The translations under genes were made by a program, and so were the position numbers. A stretch of 64,000 nucleotides of DNA, taken from positions 44,797 to 108,796 of the forward strand of contig CAKUWY010000006.1 in the NCBI GenBank assembly GCA_934699585.1. Direction: 5' to 3'. A model generated the notes under the pieces. It had not been told where the DNA came from. It made no database searches and saw nothing but the letters and a program-made list of their open reading frames with translations. Every line of letters starts with the position of its first letter. Positions within the stretch are counted from its first letter, which is position 1. Positions 9,191-17,552 of the stretch are shown here, piece after piece. The DNA comes from an uncultured Fibrobacter sp. (GTDB lineage Bacteria > Fibrobacterota > Fibrobacteria > Fibrobacterales > Fibrobacteraceae).

Positions 9191-10681
9191 TCAGCTTTCC
9201 AGCAGGTAACGGATGTCCTCGACGCGGCGCTTGAGGCCTGCATCCTTGGAGAGCTGTTCCACGATAGAATTGATAGACGAAATCACCGTAGAATAATCCC
9301 TGTGGAAGGCCTCACCGATGTTCTTGAGGGATTCCGTCGTAAGTTCCCGACACAGGTACATGGCCACCTTCCGCGGAATAGACGCTCCTGCGTCTTGCCG
9401 CTTGGAGCAGAGCACCCGAGGTTCAACGGAAAACTCGGCGGCAACGGACTCCAGGATGTTATCCACCGTAAGGACAGATGACGCGCCGGACTTGGGCGCC
9501 GAATGCATCCGCTTCACATTGGCAAGGTTCAGTTCCACGTTATTGAGCACATGCATTGCCCGGAGCCAGTTCATGAGGCCTTCGATAATGCGAACGTTCG
9601 CCCTGGGCTGAATCGCCAGGTAGCGACAAATCTCTTCACGATCGGATTCCACAAAGGGAATACCCTCGGACATCTTGCGGATAAGGGCCATACGGGTGTT
9701 GAAGTCCGGTTCTGCAAGTCCTACGCCCACACAGTTTTCCAGCGGGTTCAGCAGGTCCGCCGTCAGTTCGTGGGACAGGGAATTCTTCTCGGGCTTTTCA
9801 CCTGCCGAAAGTTTCTTGAACTTGGAAGGATGGCAGTCGCAGCTGAGCACCACCTGACGGCCCATGCGGCTCATGTACTTGATGAGCATGGACAGGCGTT
9901 CCTGACTCTTGAGGCCGTTCTTCAGAAGCTGGATGTCATCAAGCAAGAGGACATCGCAATGCTCATAAATGTCCGAAAATTTTTGCTTGAGCTCGTTGAC
10001 CTTTTCCCAGTCCTTAATCTTGGCGGCATCGCCTATGGCCGAATAATCCCGCAAGAATTCGTAGGCCTGGCGGTAGAGAATCCGGAGTTCCGGACGAGTC
10101 TTCTGAAGGCTTGCAGCAATGGACTGGAGCAGGTGGGTCTTGCCAAGGCCCGGAGCCCCGTAAACCAGAAGTAGGTTCATGGCCGCATCGCCCGGATGTT
10201 CCACGATGGTCTGGCAGGCCTTGAGGGCCGTAAAGTTGCATTCCCCTTCGATAAAATTATCGAAGGTGTATTTTTCGTACAAATTAAGATTTTCTTTCGG
10301 TTTCTTGGCAGGCTGCTGTGCAGATGCTCGAGCCTTGGAAGCAAGGATGCGGCGCTCCACCTCTTTTGATATCTGTACCGCCGTGACCGAGGGGGCAGCA
10401 TCGGCAGTGGCTTCATTCAACACGCGGACCTTGTAATCCACAAAGTCGCTACCGTATACAGAGGCAAAAGTCTTGCGGAGCAAGGCGCCATAATGGCTGT
10501 TGAGCCAAGTTTCTCTGAAGCTGTCGGGGACCGTCAAGCAGACATAGCCTTCACAAAATCCATCAAAACCAACGGCATCAAAAAAAGCGGCACCAAATTC
10601 GGAGCATTCCTCGCGGACAAGGGCCATGGCCCGCGCCCAGGGGGAGCTGTTTTCATCTAATAAATAAGCAATGTTATCCAC
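9191..10681 (-). CDS. dnaA: Chromosomal replication initiator protein DnaA
   Basis: Walker A GAPGLGKTHLLQSIA, an AAA+ core, and the C-terminal DNA-binding helix ..IPRKVAMYLCRELTTESLKNIGEAFHRDYSTVISSI... GTG start. Confidence 0.92.
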   Translation of the reverse strand: MDNIAYLLDENSSPWARAMALVREECSEFGAAFFDAVGFDGFCEGYVCLTVPDSFRETWLNSHYGALLRKTFASVYGSDFVDYKVRVLNEATADAAPSVTAVQISKEVERRILASKARASAQQPAKKPKENLNLYEKYTFDNFIEGECNFTALKACQTIVEHPGDAAMNLLLVYGAPGLGKTHLLQSIAASLQKTRPELRILYRQAYEFLRDYSAIGDAAKIKDWEKVNELKQKFSDIYEHCDVLLLDDIQLLKNGLKSQERLSMLIKYMSRMGRQVVLSCDCHPSKFKKLSAGEKPEKNSLSHELTADLLNPLENCVGVGLAEPDFNTRMALIRKMSEGIPFVESDREEICRYLAIQPRANVRIIEGLMNWLRAMHVLNNVELNLANVKRMHSAPKSGASSVLTVDNILESVAAEFSVEPRVLCSKRQDAGASIPRKVAMYLCRELTTESLKNIGEAFHRDYSTVISSINSIVEQLSKDAGLKRRVEDIRYLLES

Positions 10682-10682
10682 A
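10674..10682. promoter_or_regulatory. Perfect DnaA box TTATCCACA overlapping the dnaA GTG start codon
   Basis: Plus strand 10674-10682 is TTATCCACA. On the dnaA strand it reads TGTGGATAA, with GTG as the start codon. Confidence 0.55.
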
Positions 10683-10900
10683 GTTTTCCAAACACAAAAA
10701 GAGGGTCAAACAAAATCGTTCACCAAAATTAAATAAAACATACGAAAAAGAGATTTTTCGCTGAAATTTTTTCAAAAACCGCTGTTTTCTGCTTAAAAAG
10801 GGCAATTTTTTGTTATGCCCCGTCTATGTCCGTTTCTCTCCGAAAAACACCCTTTTTACACCCTTGATAATCAAGAAATCATCCCTATGGTTTTCACAAG

Positions 10901-10909
10901 TTATCAACA
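10901..10909. promoter_or_regulatory. DnaA-box-like 9-mer TTATCAACA (one mismatch)
   Basis: Lies in the AT-rich spacer upstream of dnaA. It is the only other close match I found in 10683-11080. Confidence 0.3.
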
Positions 10910-10938
10910 TATTTTTTTTCTAGGATGTCTTGACAAAA

Positions 10939-10959
10939 TGAGGTATGAGGTATGAGGGG
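10939..10959 (+). repeat. 7-nt stop-codon array, TGA type: TGAGGTA TGAGGTA TGAGGGG
   Basis: Three exact-period units between the EIIA-like gene and dnaA. Confidence 0.6.
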
Positions 10960-11023
10960 AAAGACAAGTCCACTTTGTCATTCGCTTCAGAACCCTGACG
11001 ACTAATCAAAGACTCCTCAAGCG

Positions 11024-11048
11024 GATCCCCGACTAAATCGGGGATGAC
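11024..11048 (-). repeat. REP-like hairpin element (element strand: GTC-ATCCCCGA-loop-TCGGGGAT-C)
   Basis: 8-bp stem atccccga/tcggggat with loop ctaaa, flanked by the GTC..C signature shared with the other copies. Confidence 0.65.
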
Positions 11049-11080
11049 ATTCCTCGAGCCCCAAGCCTCGAACCTAATAT

Positions 11081-11509
11081 CTAAAACAGCCCTTTCAGCG
11101 CAGCCGCATCGGTACAAGCAAGGGCCTTCGCTTTCCACTCCGGGGCAAGCAAGAGTTTTGCCACTCCGGCAATGGCAACCGTATGGGCCGTAGCCGATTC
11201 CGCCGGCGACAAGAGCAGGCACAGGAACTGTGCCGTTTCTCCGCGGGGAGTAGAAACGCCCTGGATTTCGGGAGCGACGGCAAATGCCATCAGGGGCGAT
11301 TCAAGCCCAGAAATTCTCGTATGGGGCAACAAAAGGCCAGACCCCATGTAGATTCCCTCCCCTATTCGCTTTTCGACGGCCTTCCAGGCGGACAGGGCAT
11401 CAAAGGGAACGCCCGCATTTACAAGCCCTTCAAAGGCAAAACCCAGCGCTTTCTGGAAAGCAACCGGTTCCTTATAGACTTGCGTATAGGCGGGAATCAG
11501 AGAACTCAA
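11081..11509 (-). CDS. PTS EIIA type-2 domain protein (PtsN-like)
   Basis: 142 aa. ..GIYMGSGLLLPHTRISGLESPLMAFAV.. resembles the EIIA-2 active-site His region. Confidence 0.65.
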   Translation of the reverse strand: MSSLIPAYTQVYKEPVAFQKALGFAFEGLVNAGVPFDALSAWKAVEKRIGEGIYMGSGLLLPHTRISGLESPLMAFAVAPEIQGVSTPRGETAQFLCLLLSPAESATAHTVAIAGVAKLLLAPEWKAKALACTDAAALKGLF

Positions 11510-12522
11510 AGGAGAACACGCTCCATGAAGGAGAACACCTGAGAATCCGTGGCCTTGGCGATGTTCCGGAATTCCGAGAAAACAGAGCGCAGCTGTTTCT
11601 TGCCGGGCTCAATATACTGCTCGAACTTCTGGATTCCCTTGGTCTTTGAAAGGAAGCAGTAGGCGCCTAGGGCCTGCATCACGCGCTGGAGGCTTGCATG
11701 GATAAAGCTTTCCCAGGCATCTTCCTTGGTGTAGATCTTTGCGCCCTTGTACTGGAACCGCCAGTACTCAAAGAAGTCCTTCACCATGTCTAACGGCAGA
11801 CCCACGTAGGGGTCCCAAAGGAGGGACGCGATGTCATAGAACATGGAACCGCGGCGCGCCCCCTGGTAATCCACGAACACGATTTCGGAGTTGGGGCGGA
11901 TCATGATGTTCTGGCTCTGGAAATCCCGGTGCATCAGCACCTTGGTCTGAGCATCTACGGATACCGCCAGGAGGGAATAGAAATTACGAACATAATCAGG
12001 AATGTCGTCAATTCCGCAGTGGGCCTTCAGGTAATTGTCGGTGAAGTAATCCGTTTCCCACTTGAGAGCGGCAAAGTCAAAGCGGCGAAGCCACAGGTCC
12101 GTGTGGGAACTGAACAGGGACTGGGACGCGTTCTGCCAGTGAATCAAGGCCTCTATTACCTCGGGGTAGAGAATGCGGACACTACCGGACTGAGGCTTGT
12201 CGGGAGACACATCGTCCAGAAGGCGACGGTTTCCCAAGTCCTCCTGCAAGATCTGGGCAGAATCTTCATCGACGCTGAACAACTTCGGTACCGGAAGGCC
12301 TTCTGCCTTGAACACCTGGGAATATTCCACGAACTTCTTGAAATCGTCGTTTACTTCGGCGGACACCTGCAGCACGGAGGAACGCTCCCCAGAAGAAATC
12401 CGGTAGTAGCGACGGCCCGAACCGGCCCCCGCGATAGACTCTACAGAAAAATCGGCAGCATAACCATGGGAACTAAGATAGCCCTTGATTTTTTCAGAAA
12501 TAATCAATTCTTCACCATTCAT
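11506..12522 (-). CDS. Aminoglycoside-phosphotransferase-fold kinase, AmgK-like (anomeric MurNAc/GlcNAc kinase family)
   Basis: Catalytic loop HRDFQSQNIMI and ..VDYQGARRG..YDIASLLWDPY.. are typical of this family. It overlaps the downstream EIIA gene by 4 nt. Confidence 0.65.
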   Translation of the reverse strand: MNGEELIISEKIKGYLSSHGYAADFSVESIAGAGSGRRYYRISSGERSSVLQVSAEVNDDFKKFVEYSQVFKAEGLPVPKLFSVDEDSAQILQEDLGNRRLLDDVSPDKPQSGSVRILYPEVIEALIHWQNASQSLFSSHTDLWLRRFDFAALKWETDYFTDNYLKAHCGIDDIPDYVRNFYSLLAVSVDAQTKVLMHRDFQSQNIMIRPNSEIVFVDYQGARRGSMFYDIASLLWDPYVGLPLDMVKDFFEYWRFQYKGAKIYTKEDAWESFIHASLQRVMQALGAYCFLSKTKGIQKFEQYIEPGKKQLRSVFSEFRNIAKATDSQVFSFMERVLL

Positions 12523-12689
12523 GGCATAGAATATACTTTATCCTGCAGAAAAAAGGCAACAAAAATAAAAAAAAGCCATATTTAGGTGATAAAACGAGCC
12601 CCATTGTAATATTTTCTTTTCAAGGCTTTTTTGGACCTCCATCTCCGTTTATATAGCATAGGATGTCAAATAAACCAAAAGGAGGTCTC

Positions 12690-13919
12690 ATGAATCCTAT
12701 AAAGAAACTTACCCTGTGGGCATACGCCCTCTCCCTCAGCACACTAACTTTTTTAGCCTGTGGCGACAGTTCGGGTAAAGATCCCGTTGTCGGTACAGAA
12801 AGAGCTACAGCCAAAGTCATGCTGGATCTTCGCTTCAGCGAAGTCCCCCTCATGGACAGCCTGGTTATCGACTGCATTGGGGCGGACACGCTTCATCTGG
12901 TGAAATCCCCCGAAGAGCAGACATTGAATTTGGACCTGTTTCCCCACGACCACTGGAAGTTCCAGGCCAAAATCTACGCCAACGGAAGCCTGATGCAAAG
13001 GGGCGAAGTTGAAACCCGCCTTGAAGCTGGGCAGACAACTGAAATCAACCTAAAAATGCACCCCCTTGCCGGGTTCATCTACCTGAAAATCCCATTAGGG
13101 TTCGGCAATCCTTCAAGAATAGCCTACGGGCAAATGGAGCTTTCCTCTGCAGATTTACTTTTCACATATCTTATGGAAATGGACGATAGCGAAGGAATTT
13201 TCCGTACGGAACTGCTCCCTCTAGAAACCATGTATAGGCTAAAGATTACTTTGTACGATACACAAGACAACAACATTTACCAGGTTGAAGATTCGCTTTA
13301 TCTGAGTCCGGACAATCCCGTTCCCTCCCTAGAACTAAAATCATTGCGAGGCAAGGCTAAGATTTCCATAGAAACTGCCGAAAGCGCCAATCTCGAAATA
13401 GTGTTAAGTTTGCCCGCAACAAAACGTACACCGCATTTGAACGACCTGGTCATTACAGAGTTCCTGAGCGCTCCCCTAAAGACAGATTCCACCCAATATG
13501 AATTTATCGAAATCTACAACGGAAGCATCGACACGCTCTTGTTGAATGGTTGTACCATCGGTACGGGATCTGCCGGCAGCAAAGCCTGGGAAATTATCGT
13601 TGATGAAATTGCTCCGGGCAAAACCATGGTGTTCGGAGACACCTCGGCAAACACTCCCGAAAGATTCCGGAACACCGCCACATGGGGAGACCTGACCAAC
13701 ACCAAGAGTACCATAGTCCTTCAATGCAGCGGGGAAATCCTTGACTCCCTGTTCTATTCCAACGCCCAAGATTCTGCCTCAGTAATACCGAATTACAGCA
13801 GCCCGAACAAGAATCCTCAGAGTACACAGCTAGATATCCGTCGCTGGGAGACCCGAAATCTAGGAGAATCCTGGTGTCTAGACGCCCCCACTCCAGAGGA
13901 ACTGCACGACTGCATGTAA
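12690..13919 (+). CDS. Lipoprotein with C-terminal lamin-tail-like domain
   Basis: GGAGG lies upstream of ATG 12690. Signal and lipobox ..LSTLTFLACGDSSG. C-terminal ..LVITEFLSAPLKTDSTQYEFIEIYNGS.. resembles an LTD. Confidence 0.6.
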   Translation: MNPIKKLTLWAYALSLSTLTFLACGDSSGKDPVVGTERATAKVMLDLRFSEVPLMDSLVIDCIGADTLHLVKSPEEQTLNLDLFPHDHWKFQAKIYANGSLMQRGEVETRLEAGQTTEINLKMHPLAGFIYLKIPLGFGNPSRIAYGQMELSSADLLFTYLMEMDDSEGIFRTELLPLETMYRLKITLYDTQDNNIYQVEDSLYLSPDNPVPSLELKSLRGKAKISIETAESANLEIVLSLPATKRTPHLNDLVITEFLSAPLKTDSTQYEFIEIYNGSIDTLLLNGCTIGTGSAGSKAWEIIVDEIAPGKTMVFGDTSANTPERFRNTATWGDLTNTKSTIVLQCSGEILDSLFYSNAQDSASVIPNYSSPNKNPQSTQLDIRRWETRNLGESWCLDAPTPEELHDCM

Positions 13920-13946
13920 CAGAAACTTCCGTCTTCCCCAAAAAGG

Positions 13947-13977
13947 AAAATCCGAAGGGAACTTCCCTTCGGATTTT
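13947..13977. terminator. Bidirectional intrinsic terminator-like hairpin between convergent genes
   Basis: aaaatccgaaggga / tcccttcggatttt form a 14-bp stem flanked by A-run and T-run. Confidence 0.6.
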
Positions 13978-13996
13978 CAATAGGTTCATTTCTGCA

Positions 13997-14455
13997 CTAG
14001 CCGTGAAGCTGAGCCACCGGCTTGTCCATATCAAAAAGCCTGCGCAAGAGTTCCGTCTTGGCCGGATCTCGCTCATCGGGCAATGTCAACGGCCCCATGG
14101 AGATAGCCACTAGGATAGACCCAGGGTAGTTGTTTACCCGCTTGATAAATTCACTTGCGGACACACCTTCGGAATAGAAATCCACCACAAAGGTATCCCA
14201 GTCTTCAGATTCAAGCTGTTCCAACGCCTCGGCCTCGGTCTTTACGGCCTTGATGGTAGCACCGACAAGCAAATCCGTCAGGACTTCCAGGCAAGCATCG
14301 CGACGGGCATCATCTTCTTCCCAAATAAGGATCTGACGTTGACTGTAATCCCGAACTACAGGTGCATTCTGTTCAAAATCTTCAGATTCCAGAAGGTTCT
14401 TGTCGAACTCTTCCAAATCGTCATCATCGTCAAACTTTTCAATTTCTTTATCCAT
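13997..14455 (-). CDS. Receiver-like (CheY-fold) domain protein with acidic N-terminal tail
   Basis: ..ILIWEEDDARRDACLEVLTDLL..TFVVDFYSEGVSASEFIKRV.. has a receiver-like pattern. The assignment is weak. Confidence 0.4.
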   Translation of the reverse strand: MDKEIEKFDDDDDLEEFDKNLLESEDFEQNAPVVRDYSQRQILIWEEDDARRDACLEVLTDLLVGATIKAVKTEAEALEQLESEDWDTFVVDFYSEGVSASEFIKRVNNYPGSILVAISMGPLTLPDERDPAKTELLRRLFDMDKPVAQLHG

Positions 14456-14475
14456 AATAGACCAATATAGTAAAA

Positions 14476-14856
14476 CTATTCAAGAGCTTCGCGTATTTGT
14501 TGAATGAAATTCATCTCTTCGGGGGAGATATTGTCTTCATTCTCGTCTTCACGGGATGCGCCCGCTACTTTAAGCATGGATTCCAGGACCTTGCTCTTGA
14601 ACTCGACTGTTTCGCCCTTAAGCGTCTCGACACAAACTCCGGCGCGTTCCTTTGCAGAAGAAAAACCTGCATAGACCTTGTTGAACTCGTCCCAGGATAC
14701 ATCCGGTGTCAGTTCATCATGAATCTTGTCAAGCATGTCGCTTTCTGCCTCGGTAGCAGAATCAGAACCGGGAAGGAGTTTCCCGTTTTCGTTTTCGTGA
14801 TACAGGCACGCTACCTGCCAAGAGAGAATCAACAGAGCCAGATTCGGATTCATCAT
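14476..14856 (-). CDS. Hypothetical small protein
   Basis: 126-aa ORF 20 nt upstream of the receiver-like gene on the same strand. No confident family. Confidence 0.4.
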   Translation of the reverse strand: MMNPNLALLILSWQVACLYHENENGKLLPGSDSATEAESDMLDKIHDELTPDVSWDEFNKVYAGFSSAKERAGVCVETLKGETVEFKSKVLESMLKVAGASREDENEDNISPEEMNFIQQIREALE

Positions 14857-15035
14857 AAACCTCGTGCGTATAGAACAAAGATAATAAAAAGTGGCACGCC
14901 CACGCGAACCACTTTCTTTAGTTTTTGCACCGAAGGTACCATTATATTACTCAAAGCATTCCGAAGGAATGCGACCTCAAACCTCAAAGGCCGAAGGCCG
15001 CCCTCAGAACCTACAAGTAATTTTGCTCCGCAAAA

Positions 15036-16319
15036 TTACTTGTACAGCGGGTGCTTCTTGCAGAGAGCCACGATTTCCTCGCGGATCTTCTTGAGAGCAG
15101 CATCGTCGTCCTTAGCCTTGATAGCGCGGTCGATGATGCGGGCCACTTCGCGAGTGTCTTCTTCGTCGAAGCCACGAGTCGTGATAGCAGGCGTACCGAG
15201 ACGGACACCGGACGGGTCCATCGGCTTGCGGGGATCAAACGGAATCGTGGAGCGGCTGCAGGAGATGCCGACCTTTTCCATGGCCACTTCGGCTTCCTTA
15301 CCGGAAACACCCTGAGAAGTCATATCGACAACGATGAGGTGGTTGTCGGTACCGCCACTAATAACCCTGTAACCGAGCTTCTGCATTTCATCGGACATAG
15401 CCTGAGCGTTCTTGATGACGTTCTTGGCGTAGGTCTGGAATTCCGGCTGGAGAGCTTCGAGGAATGCAACGGCCTTACCGGCGTTGATGTGGTCATGCGG
15501 ACCACCCTGCATACCCGGGAACACGCCCTTGTCGATTTCCTTGGCCAAAGAAACTTCCTTGAGTTCGCCCTTCACCATCTTCTGGATGGTGCGGTCCTTG
15601 CACATGATGATAGCGGAACGCGGGCCACGGAGAGTCTTGTGGGTGGTAGTCGTCACGATGTCGAAGTACGGCACCGGAGAATCGATTGCCTTACCGGCAA
15701 TGAGGCCTGCAACGTGAGAAATATCAGCCATGGTGAGGGCGCCCACTTCGTCGGCGATTTCCTTGAAGCGCTTCCAGTCGAGGTTGCGGCTGTAGGCAGA
15801 GAAACCGGCGAGAATCATTTTCGGCTTTTCGCGGAGAGCGATTTCGCGGACCTTGTCCATGTCGATGCGGCCCGTTTCCTTATCGACTTCGTACTGCACG
15901 AAGTTGTAGAGCATGCCGGAGAAGTTCACCGGATGGCCGTGAGAAAGGTGTCCACCGTGGTCGAGCTTGAGGCCGAGGACCTTGTCGCCCGGTTTGAGGA
16001 CGGCGAAATAGACAGCGGCGTTGGCCGGAGAACCGGACAGCGGCTGGATGTTCACGTGGTCGCAACCAAAGAGCTTCTTGCAACGATCGATGGCGAGCGC
16101 TTCCATCTTGTCGATCACTTCGTTACCACCGTAGTAGCGCTTGCCCACGTAGCCTTCGCTGTACTTGTTGGTCAGCACGGAACCCATGGCTTCCATGACG
16201 GCCTTGGAGGTGTAGTTTTCGGAAGCGATGAGTTCGATGCCATATTCCTGGCGTTCGGCTTCTTCCTGGATGATGTTGTAGATTTCCGGATCGGTCTGTT
16301 GCAGTGTAGATTTGAGCAT
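15036..16319 (-). CDS. glyA: Serine hydroxymethyltransferase
   Basis: ELIASENYTS, the ..TTTTHKTLRGPR.. PLP-lysine motif, and 427 aa. The plus ORF 15051-16334 is its shadow. Confidence 0.95.
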   Translation of the reverse strand: MLKSTLQQTDPEIYNIIQEEAERQEYGIELIASENYTSKAVMEAMGSVLTNKYSEGYVGKRYYGGNEVIDKMEALAIDRCKKLFGCDHVNIQPLSGSPANAAVYFAVLKPGDKVLGLKLDHGGHLSHGHPVNFSGMLYNFVQYEVDKETGRIDMDKVREIALREKPKMILAGFSAYSRNLDWKRFKEIADEVGALTMADISHVAGLIAGKAIDSPVPYFDIVTTTTHKTLRGPRSAIIMCKDRTIQKMVKGELKEVSLAKEIDKGVFPGMQGGPHDHINAGKAVAFLEALQPEFQTYAKNVIKNAQAMSDEMQKLGYRVISGGTDNHLIVVDMTSQGVSGKEAEVAMEKVGISCSRSTIPFDPRKPMDPSGVRLGTPAITTRGFDEEDTREVARIIDRAIKAKDDDAALKKIREEIVALCKKHPLYK

Positions 16320-16359
16320 TTAGCTACTCCTTGATTTGTACGGCGCAAATGTAGTAAAA

Positions 16360-16394
16360 TAGAGCCTAGAAACTAGGGGTTAGGGGCTAGTGAA
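16360..16394. repeat. 7-nt stop-codon array: TAGAGCC TAGAAAC TAGGGGT TAGGGGC TAGTGAA
   Basis: Five exact-period units in the divergent glyA/yihY spacer, 41 nt upstream of the glyA start. Confidence 0.75.
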
Positions 16395-16547
16395 GAGGGT
16401 GAAAAATGCTTGGGTCCGAACTTTCGTAACGCCGGCACATAGCATCTAATTTTTAACTCTTTATCCATCAACAAATTACACATTCTTCCCTTATTTAAAA
16501 AGCCCGCCTCCCACTTATCCCTTTTATTTTTTTATCTTTGTTCCCAG

Positions 16548-17552
16548 ATGCCCAATTGGTGGAAAAATTTCTCGTGGGAAAGACTTTTCGACGCCATTGC
16601 CGACAGGTCCCCCACTTTCGTGAAGATTATTATCGTTACAGGGAAGTCATTCCTGTACTATCACGGTATGACCCGTGCGGCGAGCCTTACCTACACCACC
16701 CTGGTGGCCGTGGTTCCCCTGCTTATCCTGTTGACCTCCATTACCCTGGCGGTGGGTCTTGCAAACTTCATGTCGGACTACCTACCCATTTTGCTGGATA
16801 TCCTAAACCTGGACTGGCCCACGGAACCCATTATGTCACTGGTGAAAAACGCCGAACACATTCCCATCGGAAGGCTTGGCTTTATCGGTGCGGCAGGTCT
16901 GTTCGTCACCTTCATTCTCGCCTTTGGCAGCCTGGAGACCAACTTCAACGTAGTGTGGGAAAACAAAATTTCCAGGACGCTAATCCGCCAGATCGAGGTT
17001 TACACGCCCTTCCTGGTTATTTTTGCAGGTTTCATCGGCATGTTCGCGGGGTTCGTGAACCACGTGCAAGACGTACTGAACATGATTGTGGTGGATGGTT
17101 TCCATTTCTCGCCCGAAGTGCTGAAGGTGCTCATTACCGCCTTCTGGTATGCGGCCTTCCACGGCGCCACCATGCTGCTGATTTTCCTGATGCTCTACGC
17201 CCTGCCCTCCAGGCCCAAGGGTGTGAGACCCTATTCCCGAAGCCAGCTTTTGCTCGCCTCGCTTCTATCTACGGCTGTTTCCTGGTTGGCCATCAACATC
17301 TACGTGAAAATCCTGATGCTCATCCAGACTGCCATGGTGACCCGCATGTCCATTTTCTACGGGTCACTGGCGTTCTTGCCCTTGATGCTGTTCCTGATAT
17401 TTGGAGTCTGGTCCATTATCCTTTGCGGAAACAGCCTGGTGTGGACCATCTGCCACTGGCCCGAAGCAGCCCAGAAGACCTGGAACTGGAAGGCTACGCT
17501 GGAAGATGTCCATAACGGGAAGCAGTCGGGCAGCGAAGATGAACAAGCCTAG
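16548..17552 (+). CDS. yihY: YihY/BrkB family membrane protein
   Basis: ..GMTRAASLTYTTLVAVVPLLILL.. is the family hallmark. Polytopic, 334 aa. Confidence 0.8.
   Translation: MPNWWKNFSWERLFDAIADRSPTFVKIIIVTGKSFLYYHGMTRAASLTYTTLVAVVPLLILLTSITLAVGLANFMSDYLPILLDILNLDWPTEPIMSLVKNAEHIPIGRLGFIGAAGLFVTFILAFGSLETNFNVVWENKISRTLIRQIEVYTPFLVIFAGFIGMFAGFVNHVQDVLNMIVVDGFHFSPEVLKVLITAFWYAAFHGATMLLIFLMLYALPSRPKGVRPYSRSQLLLASLLSTAVSWLAINIYVKILMLIQTAMVTRMSIFYGSLAFLPLMLFLIFGVWSIILCGNSLVWTICHWPEAAQKTWNWKATLEDVHNGKQSGSEDEQA

Noticed and set aside
10920-11222. 100-aa minus-strand ORF spanning the spacer and the end of the EIIA-like gene
   Set aside because: It overlaps the EIIA-2 gene in another frame, contains a REP-like hairpin and a heptad array, and has no coding-like features.
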